The position numbers and the translations under genes are program-made. A stretch of DNA of 64,000 nt from Lama guanicoe (taxonomy: Eukaryota): the NCBI GenBank assembly GCA_013239625.1, contig MU054187.1, positions 17,724,711-17,788,710 of the forward strand, read 5' to 3'. The notes beneath the pieces were generated by a model, which did no database searches, was not told the DNA's origin, and saw only the letters and a program-made list of their open reading frames with translations. Of this stretch, positions 1 through 13,015 are shown piece by piece (positions within the stretch are counted from its first letter, which is position 1; every line of letters begins with the position of its first letter).

Positions 1-488
1 TTACATTTGGTGGTCTTTTGTTACTACATGTACCTCATATTTTATATCAAAAACATTTTCTTCAAGTCTTTAAGTGTGTGTGTTACCAAGTTTGTTTGGG
101 AAAACTAACTTTCATGGAGTCCTTTGTAAATCTGAAGATTTTATTTCAAAGATTCTGTCAAGAATATTCTTCTTCTCAAGCAATGACTTGCCAAAGGGGC
201 AACAAGGGAGCTGTCCTCCTGGACCGGGAGCAGTATTTGATTACTGACATTGTTTAGAATTGCTGGCATGGTGATAATAAAGCATAAACTGGATTTTGGT
301 CAGTTTCATTACTGTTTTTAGACTCTGCAAACAATGCACTTGGGTACTGCTTACCTCTAGGATGGACCACTTCCACTTCACCCCTCATTACCTTGGTGAT
401 CTCAAGTTCAAGAACTGATTTCAAGTTCTCCTCTCCAGAGAAGACGGATTACAATGTTATTAGAGAATGAGAACTTTATGATCTAAAT

Positions 489-689
489 CAGGTCTCCACA
501 AACTATGGCATGCAGGCCAAATCTGGCCCTATACCTATTTTTATAAATACAGTTTATTACATTTGTTTAATATATTGACTCCTTTTGTGCTAAAGCACAG
601 AGATGAATAGTTGGCTAAAGACTACATAGTCCTCAAAGCGTAAAATACTTACTATCAGGCCATTTACAGAAAATATTCCCTGATGCTTG
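489..689 (+). mobile_element. MER58A-like hAT-Charlie DNA transposon remnant
   Basis: caaactatggc...ggccaaatctggccc...aaatacttactatcaggccatttacagaaaa matches the recalled MER58A consensus. Confidence 0.75.
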
Positions 690-957
690 ATTAAGAATCA
701 AAGCATTACTTGCTTTGTGGACAATTATTTCACATTCATACTGCAGGCTAGTCATATAACAACAACAACCCCCCCCACATTTTTATAAAATGTTTCTCAC
801 TGCCTCTTTGATCAGGTCTTTACTCAAAATTAGCTGTCCAAAATGATTTGATCTTTATGGAATAATCTTTGTTAAATGTTTACCATTGACTGACATTATA
901 TTTACCTATTAATTTTTCTCTGTTTTGTAGCTCCTGCTATGTGGATATTTGTTAGCA

Positions 958-1108
958 ATGACTGATGTGGAAACTACATATGCAGATTTTATTGCTTCAG
1001 GAAGAACAGGTAGAAGAAATGCAATACATGATATCCTGGTTTCCTCTGCAAGTGGCAACAGCAATGAATTAGCCTTGAAATTAGCAGGTCTTGATATCAA
1101 CAAGACAG
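958..1108 (+). CDS. PKIA: cAMP-dependent protein kinase inhibitor alpha, first coding exon (aa 1-50; exon begins at 931)
   Basis: Encodes [50 protein letters not shown], with the PKA pseudosubstrate (GRTGRRNAI) and leucine-rich NES ([10 protein letters not shown]). Pyrimidine tract and AG acceptor at 929-930; donor GTGAGT at 1109; phase 1. Confidence 0.98.
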
Positions 1109-4100
1109 GTGAGTCGTTTGACACCCATCTCTCTATGCACATGGAATGACCTACAGCATTTCACTAGTTAGGATTAAGGGATGAAAAAACACCTTTGAAA
1201 GTAACCTAATAGAAAAAGTTATAAACAATCAAAAGCAAGATGAAAGTCATGGACTAATCTCTTAATCACTCCCTCTGTTTTCAGTGACTTCTCTTTACAG
1301 GGTTTCCCACACAAATGCAGAGTCCTTAATCTGATTTCTCTAATGTAATCAATACAACACATTTTTTTTATCCTAATCTCTATAAAAGCTCTGAAATTTC
1401 TTATGTAGAATATTTAACAAAGTTGGAGCTCCGACCTTTGACAATATTGGCCACCTGTAACATTTAATAGCATTAGATGTTTAACAAGATTCACAGATGA
1501 GTCTGATGAGTCTCAATTCTAAGAACTACTTCAGCAGAAAAGGGTTTCCAGGACCAATTTTATTGAAAATGGGGGGAGTACAGTAGTCCATTACCTGAGT
1601 AAGCCTTAGGTAAAGAGTTCTTTTAGTTTTCCTTTCATGATAGACTGTTTGAAAAATTAGTCTTATTATTGGGCTTTGAACTCTTACCCACCAAGTCTAA
1701 CTTTACCAATGAAAAAGTGAAACAGGTTTGACATGTCAAAGTACTTCTGAGTATTTGAATGAATCCCATGGTAATTCTTCCATAGCTTTTGCAAGTATCA
1801 AAGCTGAATGTATTTCCCTGAGAAAAACTTGTGCAAAAATAATCTTTAAAAGTGAAAAAAAATGTAGTTCACGATTAAGAAACCACACATGAAAATCACT
1901 TAGTTTCTGACTCATGGAAACCACTCAATACTTCTTTGCTATTAGAATTTTTATGGCAAAGCCTTCCAGTTATTGGAAAGTTGAGTCAGAGTTTATATGT
2001 GTTAATGAAATAGCTCAGCAACATCACCTTGAAATACCTAGGGATAGAACTTTATTCAGTGACTACAGGTCAGCAAGTCATAGATCGGTCCTTTCAAATT
2101 CAGGTTGAAAATAAAACTTTCACAGTCACTACCATGGAACACATAGACTGATGTATAGTTTAGATTTCATTGTTTCTCTATTATTACTACCGGACTTAAC
2201 TTTTCAAAATAGATCTGAGAAAGGCTACAGGAAATTACTCCAATTTGGTGATATAAGTTGAGTAAATATATTTTTTCTGTAATCTTTGAGAATTTGCCAA
2301 TCTTTTTCATTCATTTGTATTTTTATTTTTATATGAATATTCTATTTTAAATAATCTGCATTGATATTGGCCACCCTTAATTTTAGGACTTTTTTTATAG
2401 TGTAGTTTAATTTCTTCTTTTTTTGTTTTCACTGAAGTTGAGACCCAATAAGCTCCAAGCCCTTTCTTATACAAGAGATTATATTATATTATTATGTTAT
2501 AATTTAAATAAGTTGATATTTGATACCAATAAAATGCATTTTATATTTTACATTAATGTTATAATTAAATAATTTAAATAATTCAGGTATCTTTATGCCT
2601 CCAAATGTATTATTTTCTAAACATTTCTACATGTTAATTGCAATTCTCTAGGCCCTTGAAAAAATTTTTCTGTTTCTCTTCAAATCACAAAGTCCAGAAC
2701 TAGGCAAAGTATAAACAGTACTGATTTTCTTTCTTATTGTAAGTAAAAAGAGCTAAAAATAATAACTGTACAATTGAAAGTCTAAAATATAAAAAATGAC
2801 AACTGTATAGTGGCAAATTAAATATCACTAGCTGAGATAGTGGGGGATTCCTTTGTAATTTCTGAGTATTTCAGCTTCTTTTTAGTTTATGCTCAACAAT
2901 ATAGTTGCCCCATGTTTATCTTGACTTGTTCACAAGCATCTATTTAGCCATAGTTCTGTGTTTATAGCATTATTCAGAGCCCTGAGCAGCGTCCCTGGAT
3001 ACCTAGAAATCCCAAGCCCCATGGGAGTCAAAGTTCCTCATCTTGTATTTATGCAGTCACTTTCATCCTTAATATTCTACTGTCTTGCGTCTGCCCAAAT
3101 ATGACTTCATTCCTTTGGTTACCAAGAGCTCCTCCTATTTATCAAGTTCTTGTTTTATGCTAATCTGTACATCTCAGATTCAGGCCATCTGCACATCTTG
3201 GGGGCTTGTTCATTGCTCTAATAATGAAAATTATAAATAATGCATGGTGATATTCTTGGAACCCTTTTAGAACAGAATATAATTTTTATGTAGAGAAACT
3301 GCTTTTAATTTCCCTAAAGTTTGGTGTATGGTGAGATGTTTTGTGTGTATTTAAGAGTAAGGAGAAATTGCCTTCAATATTGCCATCTGAATAAAGAGGA
3401 CACCCCACTTACCTCTATTCATTTAAATTATAGTAATAAACTCTTAGCAAAAATTAATATAATATACATTATTGCAACATAGTAAAATATTTTGTCCACT
3501 AAGCTATATTGGTTGTTTAGTAACAAACTAACCCAAGCAAATGTTTGAACCTTTGAATGATTACCCATGGCTTGCACCCAGATAAAGTGACCTAATATGG
3601 AGAGAAAGCATTGTTTAATTTTAGTGTTCGCTCTGTCACTGGCTGAAATTATTGCTAGGGGTGCAGTTATGAAAGTGGTTTTATTAGAGTTGTACATATG
3701 TTCTACAGGCCAGGCCAGAGGCCATCATAACTATCTGATAAGGGACTAACCAGCACACATAATGTCCTTCCACCATTGCTTTTAATTTAAATTAATTAAA
3801 CCTCTGAGAAATCAGTGAGGTTATCATCAAGTGCTCAAAATAATATAACATGTAATTTAAAAATATTTCTTAAAATAAGACAGGCATCAAATTGTAAACT
3901 TGCCCCCAATTTCTGACTTCTGCCTAAAGACACTTCTGATTTCTGCAACCTGTGAAACTCTAAATGCCATGCCATGAATTTCCTAGGACTTATCAAAGCA
4001 TGGAGCATCACTAACCACTCTAAAAATTCAGTTGTTATTTTGTTTTTGAGCCATGCTGTCCCAGGACCAGAATTAGCCCTTGAAACACTTAAGATGTTTT

Positions 4101-4250
4101 CTTGATGGGGAATTGACTACCAAGAAAAAACACTTGTGAGGATTACAACCTCTTGAGTACTTCTGAAATTTCCAACATGATACATTGAGAATCAGTAAGT
4201 GTAAGCCATAGTTTCCATTTTGCCTTTATCCTTTTTTATGTCTCTAACAG

Positions 4251-4330
4251 AAGGTGAAGAAGATGCACAGCGGAATTCGACAGAACAAAGTGGGGAAGCC
4301 CAGGGAGAAGCAGCGAAGTCTGAAAGCTAA
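4251..4330 (+). CDS. PKIA: PKIA last coding exon (aa 51-76)
   Basis: Acceptor tctctaacAG ends at 4250. Phase-1 join gives EGEEDAQRNSTEQSGEAQGEAAKSES, TAA at 4328-4330; 76 aa total, as for known PKI-alpha. Confidence 0.97.
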
Positions 4331-7300
4331 CACTCCACTTTGATCTTCATCAACACCTGACAATGTCTCAAATCTCCAGGCCTGGCTGGAATGCATTTAT
4401 TTCCAAGAGTGAAAAGGGGAAAAAGAAAGAGGCTGTGCTGCATTGCAGGAACCTGTGTGTTATCATGTTAAAAATGGGGGCAGAAGCTGTGGCTGCAGAC
4501 AGACTTTTCTCTACCTCTGGCATTAGCAATGGTTGAAATCATGTGGCTTGTGTTTGGACGTCATTTTTGTACGGATCCTTTCACTTGACCATATGATGAA
4601 ATGCTTGTAGAAAGTAGCACTGACCTAGATGATGATTCTTCCTGTAGCATCTGGCCCCTCACAATGTCAGAGGATTTACTTGTGTCTAATCGCAAAGGGT
4701 TGGTTGAACCCCAGAGTTTAAATAGCTCTGGTCCAAGTATTCACCCAGTAAAAGAACCATCCAGAAAGCACTGTTTTTAGCATTATGTATCTGTGTGTTC
4801 CTGCTGTGTTATTTACACTGTTTTGTATTGTACAATATAGATGCTCAGCACTGCCCCCTTCTTTGATTGCTTATGAAAAACAAAAATGATGTACGTTACT
4901 GTGAATTTTTATACCACTCATTTTTAAAAGGGCTGCCTTTTTTTCTGCTCCATAGTGTGGTGGTGTACACAGGATAGAACACAATTTTTAAAACTTAATC
5001 TTTTCCCTTAATTCACTGCTGATGAAGTCTAACATTCATCAAGACTTCTTTGCTTATTATACAGGCATTTGAAAATATCCATTAAGTGAATATTACCTGA
5101 ATTTGGTCTTTTTAATGTCTACACACACCAGAATTCAATCTGCAAATTTTGTTTTATTCCCAGAGAACTTTTTCCAACTAATATTTTTTATTTTTAATTA
5201 TGAGGATTTTGGAGAATTGGGAAGGTAGGAAAGAAAATCCAAGCAATCAACATATTTTCTTCTATGGAATATAATTTCCCATAGTGCTATATGATACTGT
5301 TAAAATTTGGAGGACAGCTTATCTCCATGGAGTTGCAAAAGACAGAGAAAATGATCTTTCAATCATGTGAACACCAATCACAAAAGTAAAGCCCTTTTGT
5401 TGTGTTTTTCATGTCTTTTTTCAGCCCTATCAGATCCAAATGTTATTATGCACTTTTTAATGTTTGTAAACTTTTACTAATAATTAGTGTGAATTGCATT
5501 CTGATACAATAATAATCATCATTAGAAGCTGACAAAATTCTCATTAATACCGTTGATGGCCTCTCCTGTTTTTTGACATCATGGTTCTTATATGGAAAGT
5601 CTTGTGAGCTGTGTAATCTCTCCGGTCAGTATTACAAAATCATTTCTCAGTGGTAATAAATAAGGAACCAGTAATATGCCAGTGGCTTATGAATTACTGG
5701 ACAAACAGCAGACAACAGGAAGACCCTTTACAATAAAGAACCCACTTAACTGTCCTCGAGGTCTTAGATACAGTCCCATGTGAAGTAGATTAAGCAGCAT
5801 TTCAACAGGTGATCTACATGGACATACCAGGAACTCAGGCCTCCCTTGTAGTCACATAAAGGATGAATGGTGAATCTGCCCTCATCTCTCTTTACAGTAC
5901 TTTTTGAATGAGTGGGATAAGGGCCTGGGTATCACTTGGTCCTCGATCATATATTACTAGAAAAAATGTTAACAGTGTGAGTCTTTGAGAAAATAGAAAG
6001 AGGGAAGATTACATTTTAGAGTACTTCCTTCTGTCTAGTCCAATAAGATCTAAAATGTCCAGTTAAAATTCAAACAAATTTGCCTATTAATAGACTCACA
6101 AGTGGGAAAAGAGGTCCCTGAGGCTATTTTAGACAATCTCTGGTAGTCCATTTAAAACATTCAACCCATACAATCATTTTTTTTCAATATCCTCATAGCT
6201 TTCTTGTGAATGTAGGTAAAGTTCTCTTCATCCTTAAAGTTGTGGAATTCTAAACTGATTTCATGTGACTTTGTAAAGTTTAGGATTAGTGCTGAGTATA
6301 TGTGGAGGATTTATATTCCTATGTGATATACTATTATTAATAATGCATGTGGTATCATGCTTGTCTTTGAATAGATAATAGTGCTAAATTGTGAAGTCAT
6401 ATGGAGCTTTTGAATTATTTTGACCTCCTACTGCTACTTTGTCTGCTATATTTCAAACCCAGAACTATTCCCAAGCCAGAAAATAAAAATCAACTTTCCA
6501 AAACACCCACATTCTGCAAATGTTGCTCAGCAAAAGTTCATAGTAGCTTCCAAATTTTATTGTAATATCTTTACATGGAATTGAATTGTTAAGGAGAAAA
6601 GAAAAGAGTGGAAAACTAAGGCGTTGGTTTGATAATATGCATTGAATGCCTGTTAACCAACTGACTTTCTACTCATCACTTCACAACACATATTCTCCCA
6701 TTTAATCCTCAAATAATTTGATTACAGAAGTCTATACCATTTCACAAATCAGGAAATTAAGGCTCAATAAGGCATACATTTTACAAGTTTAAAGAACTAA
6801 TAAGTGATAAAATAAGATTTGAACCTGTGTTTATCTGTTGCGGGGAGTTTTCTACTGCACATGCCCTAAAATTGAAGCCAATTACAGAGCATGTGTATCT
6901 GTAAGGGAACTTTTAGAGATGGACTAGATCAGCCTCCATATTTTAGAAGAGGAAATTGAGTCCCAGAAAAGGCAACTGATTTTCCTAAAGGTTACCTAGA
7001 TGAATAATGACACAGATGTGATTAGCACTTTTACTTAATAATAATAGTACATTTAATTAAAATGTATTTTTGTGTTATACTTCCCAGAAGACATTTTCCT
7101 GACATGAAGTCTGTAAACTTAGCATGGTTCAGATTTTTTATGTTTCATGCTACTCATTTTATTTAATTGACTAGAAATGTGATGATTTCAGTTTTTTGAC
7201 TCACTTGCAACAAGTGTGAACTTTTCAAATTTATCTTCAATTGACTGTAAGCAACCTATGCTGATATAGTGATACCATAAATTCACAAAAATGTTTTTCC

Positions 7301-7708
7301 AACACATAAGAGACAGGAAGCCTCCAATTTTTAATCTATATCCCTAGAGTTGCACACTGTTAATGCCCAACACTTGCGTCTTACTCAGACACAAGTACAA
7401 ATGGACCGTTTTAGGAGGTGAATGATATGGCTATTTCTCTTCAGAGAAGCAATAAAGGGTAAAGAAATGTAACTGCGGGCAGTCGAGTTTCTGAGTGAAG
7501 CCAAGAGTAATAGGGAGAAAATGTATAGTCATTAAGTGAAAACAGGAAAGGATCTATGTTTATGATGTCTTAATAGGCCCTAAATTGTTCTTTAATTAAA
7601 AGAGTGGCAGTCTCCGAAGTCATCTGTGAGCTTGTATGACTTTTGTATTTAGCAATGTTGCATGCTCACATAATTGATATTAAAAGTAATACATTTTTCT
7701 GAAATGTA
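4331..7708 (+). other. PKIA: PKIA long 3' UTR with candidate alternative polyadenylation signals
   Basis: AU-rich sequence after the stop; AATAAA at 5655-5660 and 5732-5737, ATTAAA at 7679-7684. The distal end is inferred. Confidence 0.6.
6685..7030 (-). mobile_element. Two MIR remnants within the putative PKIA 3' UTR
   Basis: MIR core-like motifs atttaatcctca...catttcacaaatcaggaaattaaggctca and attttagaagaggaaattgagtcccaga. Confidence 0.55.
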
Positions 7709-9796
7709 CACAGTCTATTAAGAGTATTTATTGAACACACACTATGTACTTGGTGCTCAGGAAAGTGCTATGGGTGATAACAGAGAAAGCCCAAGCTTCA
7801 GCCCTCCTGCGGTGGACGTTCTCAGCATCCCAGTCTCACTTTTTCCTGGCCTCTGCTCCAAGAATTTTCACCTCCATTCCACTCTGGTAGCCCACTTCCG
7901 GGCCTTATCACGTACCAGAGCCATTCCACCTCTTAAACACTAAACAGCAATATCACTCCCGCATTCTTACATGCTCACCTGCAGGACAGGGATTTTTAAT
8001 CAGAAGAAAGACAGGTGTTTATCAGAATCCTTTGAAAGTTTTTACAATGCACCCGCACACACACAGATACATTCATGCACAAACACTCTGTACCCCTTGG
8101 AAATATTCCCTGTGAGACTTTCATACCTTTTTCCTCCCAACTTCACCTCCACAACTTGAGAACCACTGGCCTAGAAGAAGTGCATGTCTCCCTGATGCAC
8201 CCATCCTGTTCACTGAAAAGTTTTAAAATGAATCAACAAACCCGCTCACAGACATGTAGAGGTTTACCACACTAAGAATAACATCTTGGGGTAGAGGAGC
8301 AAAGAGACTTTAAGTTATTTTATCTTAGTGTCGCTCTCTTTTCAAAATACTATTTTTACCATATAGGCAGTAAAAGTCAAGCAGAGACCAGGGTGAGGCT
8401 GAGGAGAAAAGCATCAGATAGCACTCAGCCTGAATCAAGGCAAGGACTTAAGTCAAAGAGGCAAAAGAGGATGCAGATCTTTAAATTCTTCTTACTCAGG
8501 TCACAAGGATAAAACACTACATAGGGATTTGGGACAAAATACTAGCAAACAGTGCAATCACTTCACATTAGCTTCTCTTGTCTCTTCTTGTAAATGTTTT
8601 GCATCTGTCTAATCCAGGATGCGGGGACTTGGGATCCTGGCCATCTCTCATTGTAAAGTTGAAATTAACAAACCACCTGACTATCACCCATTATCTTTCT
8701 AATTAGCATCACATTTACTTTCTGATCATATCAAGATGGACATTTCCTCAGCAACTCTCCTTCCAGTCTGAAATCCTGATAATCTTTCTCTTCAGTGCTT
8801 TCAATTTCTTGTCACCAATGTCCAATTAAAATCAACCAAACCATCTCCCTTCTCTCTACTTGTTTTCTGAATGACTGTAGAAAGTGTATAACGATGTTTA
8901 GCCATTGTTTGCAACCTTAGCTTAGACACAAGTGCTGTACAGCTCTCTATTTTCATGTCCCTGGGGACAGAGGACATTTACCACTTCCTGTCTAAGATTA
9001 TTCCTTCATCTGAGGTTTTTAAACCATTTTCTTTCTGACCTTAACAGGAGATGTGTTAATTATCCTTTTCTCTTCACTGACTACCCTTGTCCAAAAACAT
9101 GCTCCAGTTTTCTAGTTCCCCTCTCTCCTTCACTACTTAGTTTCTCAAAATAGCAACCTATGCTCCTTGTTTCCATGCTTCTCTTCCTTATTTCTTATCC
9201 TTTTGCAATCTGACTTCCAGGTAAATTTTTTCTCATTATCATGACGTCATTAGTAGCTCCTGGACCCTCAGCAATTGTCACTGAAGCCCTGGACAAAGCA
9301 GCAATTAATAAGTGATGATGTTACAGAGGACTCAAGCATCACCTAAAATCAAGGTTAATAATTGTATAATTTAGGTTGATATTAGTATGACAGGGTATAG
9401 CTCCTTAATAAAGTCTTCTTAAGGATGAAATCCACGTATCTCAAGAAGAAGTCTATCTTCTCCTCTAGGTTCACATCTTCCATTAGTTATAGATGTGTCC
9501 TTTCTCTTTAACCACATTCTTCCCATTATGTTTGCTACATTCCCAGATCCTACAGTGCTCATTTCTACATAGGGGTGGTTGTTACATATATAGGCACTTA
9601 TCTTGGGCTCATATATCGAGATGGACAAGATTATTTTGTGATGTTTTAGAGTTCTGTGTTTCATCATACCCGGAGATGACTGCCATTGATATTACTAGTT
9701 CCTCCAAACAGCAGTCACATACAAGCAAAACCACTTAACTTCTTTGTGCTGGTCCCACTCTAGTTCTCTGAATTAGACCTAAACAAGTGCATCAGT

Positions 9797-10065
9797 ACCA
9801 ATGGTCAAATATAATGGATAGTTTATATATGTTTTATTAGCCTACCCAATGACATTTAATCCTCTTCACCACGGAATAGTTATTGAATTGCTTCATTTGT
9901 CTTCCTTTTTTTCTTCAGGTTGTTTTTTTTTAAACCAATGGTCTAATGGATAGTTTATATATGTTTTATTAGCCTACCCAATGACATTTAATCCTCTTCA
10001 CCACGGAATAGTTATTGAATTGCTTCATTTGTCTTCCTTTTTTTCTTCAGGTTGTTTTTTTTTAA
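9797..10065. repeat. ~135 bp near-perfect direct tandem duplication
   Basis: 9797-9933 is repeated at 9934-10065; copy 2 lacks 5 nt (aaata) after accaatggtc. Confidence 0.93.
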
Positions 10066-11901
10066 CTTTTTTTATTGATTTATAATCATTTTACAATGTT
10101 GTGTCAAATTCCAGTGTTCAGCACAATTTTTCAGTCATTCATGGACATATACACACTCATTGTCACATTTTTTTCTCTGTGATTTATCATAACATTTTGT
10201 GTATATTTCCCTGTGCTATACAGTGTAATCTTGTTTACCTATTCTACAATTTTGAAATCCCAGTCTATCCCTTCCCACCCTCTACCCCCCCGGTAACCAC
10301 AAGTCTGTATTCTCTGTCCATGAGTCTATTTCTGTCCTGTATTTATGCTTTGTTTTTGTTTGTTTGTTTGTTTTTGTTTTTTAGATTCCACATATGAGCG
10401 ATCTCATATGGTATTTTTCTTTCTCTTTCTGGCTTACTTCACTTAGAATGACATTCTCTAGGAGCATCCATGTTGCTGCAAATGGCATTATGTTGTCGGT
10501 TTTTATGGCTGAGTAGTATTCCATTGTATAAATATACCACCTCTTCTTTATCCAGTCACCTGTTGATGGACATTTAGGCTGTTTCCATGTTTTGGCTATT
10601 GTAAATAGTGCTGCTATGAACATTGGGGTGCAGGTGTCATCCTGAAGTAGATTTCCTTCTGGATACAAGCCCAGGAGTGGGATTCCTGGGTCATATGGTA
10701 AGTCTATTCCTAGTCTTTTGAGGAATCTCCACACTGTTTTCCATAGTGGCTGCACCAAACTGCATTCCCACCAGCAGTGTAGGAGGGTTCCCCTTTCTCC
10801 ACAGCCTCTCCAGCATTTGTCATTTTTGGATTTTTGAATGACGGCCATTCTGACTGGTGTGAGGTGATACCTCATTGTAGTTTTGATTTGCATTTCTCTG
10901 ATAATTAGTGATATTGAACATTTTTTCATGTGCTTTTTGATCATTTGTATGTCTTCCTTGGAGAATTGCTTGTTTAGGTCTTCTGCCCATTTTTGGATTG
11001 GGTTGTTTATTTTTTTCTTATTGAGTCGTATGAGCTGCTTATATATTTTGGAGATCAAGCCTTTGTCGGTTTCACTTGCAAAAATTTTCTCCCATTCCGT
11101 AGGTTTTCTTCTTGTTTTATTTCTGGTTTCCTTTGCTCTGCAGAAGCTTGTAAGTTTCATTAGGTCCCATTTGTTTATTCTTGCTTTTATTTCTTCTAGG
11201 AGAAAATTTTTGAAATGTATGTCAGATAATGTTTTGCCTATGTTTTCCTCTAGGAGGTTTATTGTATCTTGTCTTATGTTTAAGTCTTTAATCCATTTTG
11301 AGTTGATTTTTGTATATGGTGTAAGGGTGTGTTCTAGCTTCATTGTTTTACATGCTGCTGTCCAGTTTTCCCAACACCATTTGCTGAAGAGACTGTCTTT
11401 ATTCCATTGTATATTCTTGCCTCCTTTGTCGAAGATGAGTTGACCAAAAGTTTGTGGGTTCATTTCTGGGCTCTCTATTCTGTTCCATTGGTCTATATGT
11501 CTGTTTTGGTACTAATACCATGCTGTCTTGATGACTGTAGCTCTATAGTATTGTCTGAAGTCTGGGAGAGTTATTCCTCCAGCCTCTTTCTTTCTCTTCA
11601 GTAATGCTTTAGCAATTCTAGGTCTTTGATGGTTCCATATAAATTTTATTATGATTTGTTCTAGTTCTGTGAAATATGTCCTGGGTAATTGGATAGGGAT
11701 TGCATTAAATCTGTAGATTGCCTTGGGCAGTGTGACCATTTTAACAATATTGATTCTTCCAATCCAAGAGCATGGAATATCTTTCAATTTTTTGAAGTCT
11801 TCTTTAATTTCCTTCATCAATGGTTTATAGTTTTCTGTGTATAATTCTTTCACCTCCTTGGTTAGATTTATTCCCAGATATTTTATTACTTTGGGTGCTA
11901 T
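10064..11901 (-). mobile_element. Young 5'-truncated LINE-1 (ORF2 C-terminal part, 3' UTR, polyA)
   Basis: ORFs 11853-11512 and 11463-10381 share a frame, separated by one TAG. ORF2 motifs [27 protein letters not shown] and [28 protein letters not shown] on minus strand at 10071-10076; imperfect TSD ttcagg(tt)gttttttttt at ~10046-10063 and ~11902-11917. Confidence 0.96.
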
Positions 11902-12149
11902 TTCAGGGTTTTTTTTTATTTAGTTAGTTATCCTTTGTCCCTTTCTTTCTGGCAACTCCTCAATCTCCTTGACTAGATAGATCCTCCTTCTCTACCTCCC
12001 TACCACTTCAATGCAATTCCATCCTTATTCCTCTTCTCCAATCCTATTCTTCACTCCTCTTCCAGTCTAACACCATCAACCACCATTTTTTAAAAAATTT
12101 TAATTAATAGACTTTATTTTTTTATATTAGTTTCAGGCTCACAGCAGAC

Positions 12150-13015
12150 GTCAACCACCATTTTTACACAATGAATCTCATATCCTCATCTTCAGCCTAG
12201 AAGTCACTCCTAATCACCTGAACTATTGGATAGCTCAACATGGATTTCCCAAAAGCATCTTAAAATTAAACATTCCAACACTAAATCCGGTATATGACAC
12301 CATTCCAGACCCTGCTTTTCTTCATATGCTACAGATCTCATATAATGGTAGCACTGGCAGGTTAAATCAAAATTCTTAACCCTTCTTCCTCCAATTTGTT
12401 TTTCAGTCCATCAATTTTAATTCTTAACTACTTCTTGAAGCTGCCCACTTCTTTTCGCCTACACTTCACCCCCTTTAAATCATCACTTATCCAATATAAT
12501 GTCTAAGCAATGGCCTGCCTCGTCTGACACCCTTTCTATCCATCTTGCAACTAGAAATATCTATCTAATATATAAGTCTGATGGTTTCACTCCTCTAATT
12601 TAAAAAAAAAAAACAAAACCTTAAATTTAACCAGACAACACTTTTTGGTATAAGTGCCACATTTTATTTTTATATAACTCCTTGCTCAGTGTTAGCTGTT
12701 TCCCTGTTCCCAAGATGTTTTTCTTCAGGCTTATTGGCAAATTCTCATTTATCCTTTCAGATTATGCCTCATTTCACTCTTTTTTTTAGAGCCTTTTTGA
12801 CTTGCAACCCCATTCCCAAGGCCCACCCTAGGAAATTAACTGCTGTATATTCTTTGCTCCGCTAGACTTGGTCTGCAAATAGACCCACAGTTATCTGTTT
12901 TCATGTGTACCTCTCCAACTAGAATTTGAACTCCTTGAGGGCAGGAGCCCTCTTTTATTAATCTTTGTATACTCGTTGTCTATTAGATACTCAATCAATA
13001 TTTGTAAATAAATGT
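12150..13015 (+). mobile_element. L2 LINE 3' remnant
   Basis: Pyrimidine-rich L2-like sequence ending ctccttgagggcagg...actcaatcaatatttgtaaataaatg. Confidence 0.55.

Noticed and set aside
949..1149. ORF-track 66-aa PKIA product with MLA extension and GESFDTH tail
   Set aside because: TTG start and read-through into the intron; the spliced CDS is 958-1108 plus 4251-4330.
10883..11443. 186-aa hydrophobic + strand ORF
   Set aside because: Antisense shadow of L1 ORF2; no independent evidence of a gene.
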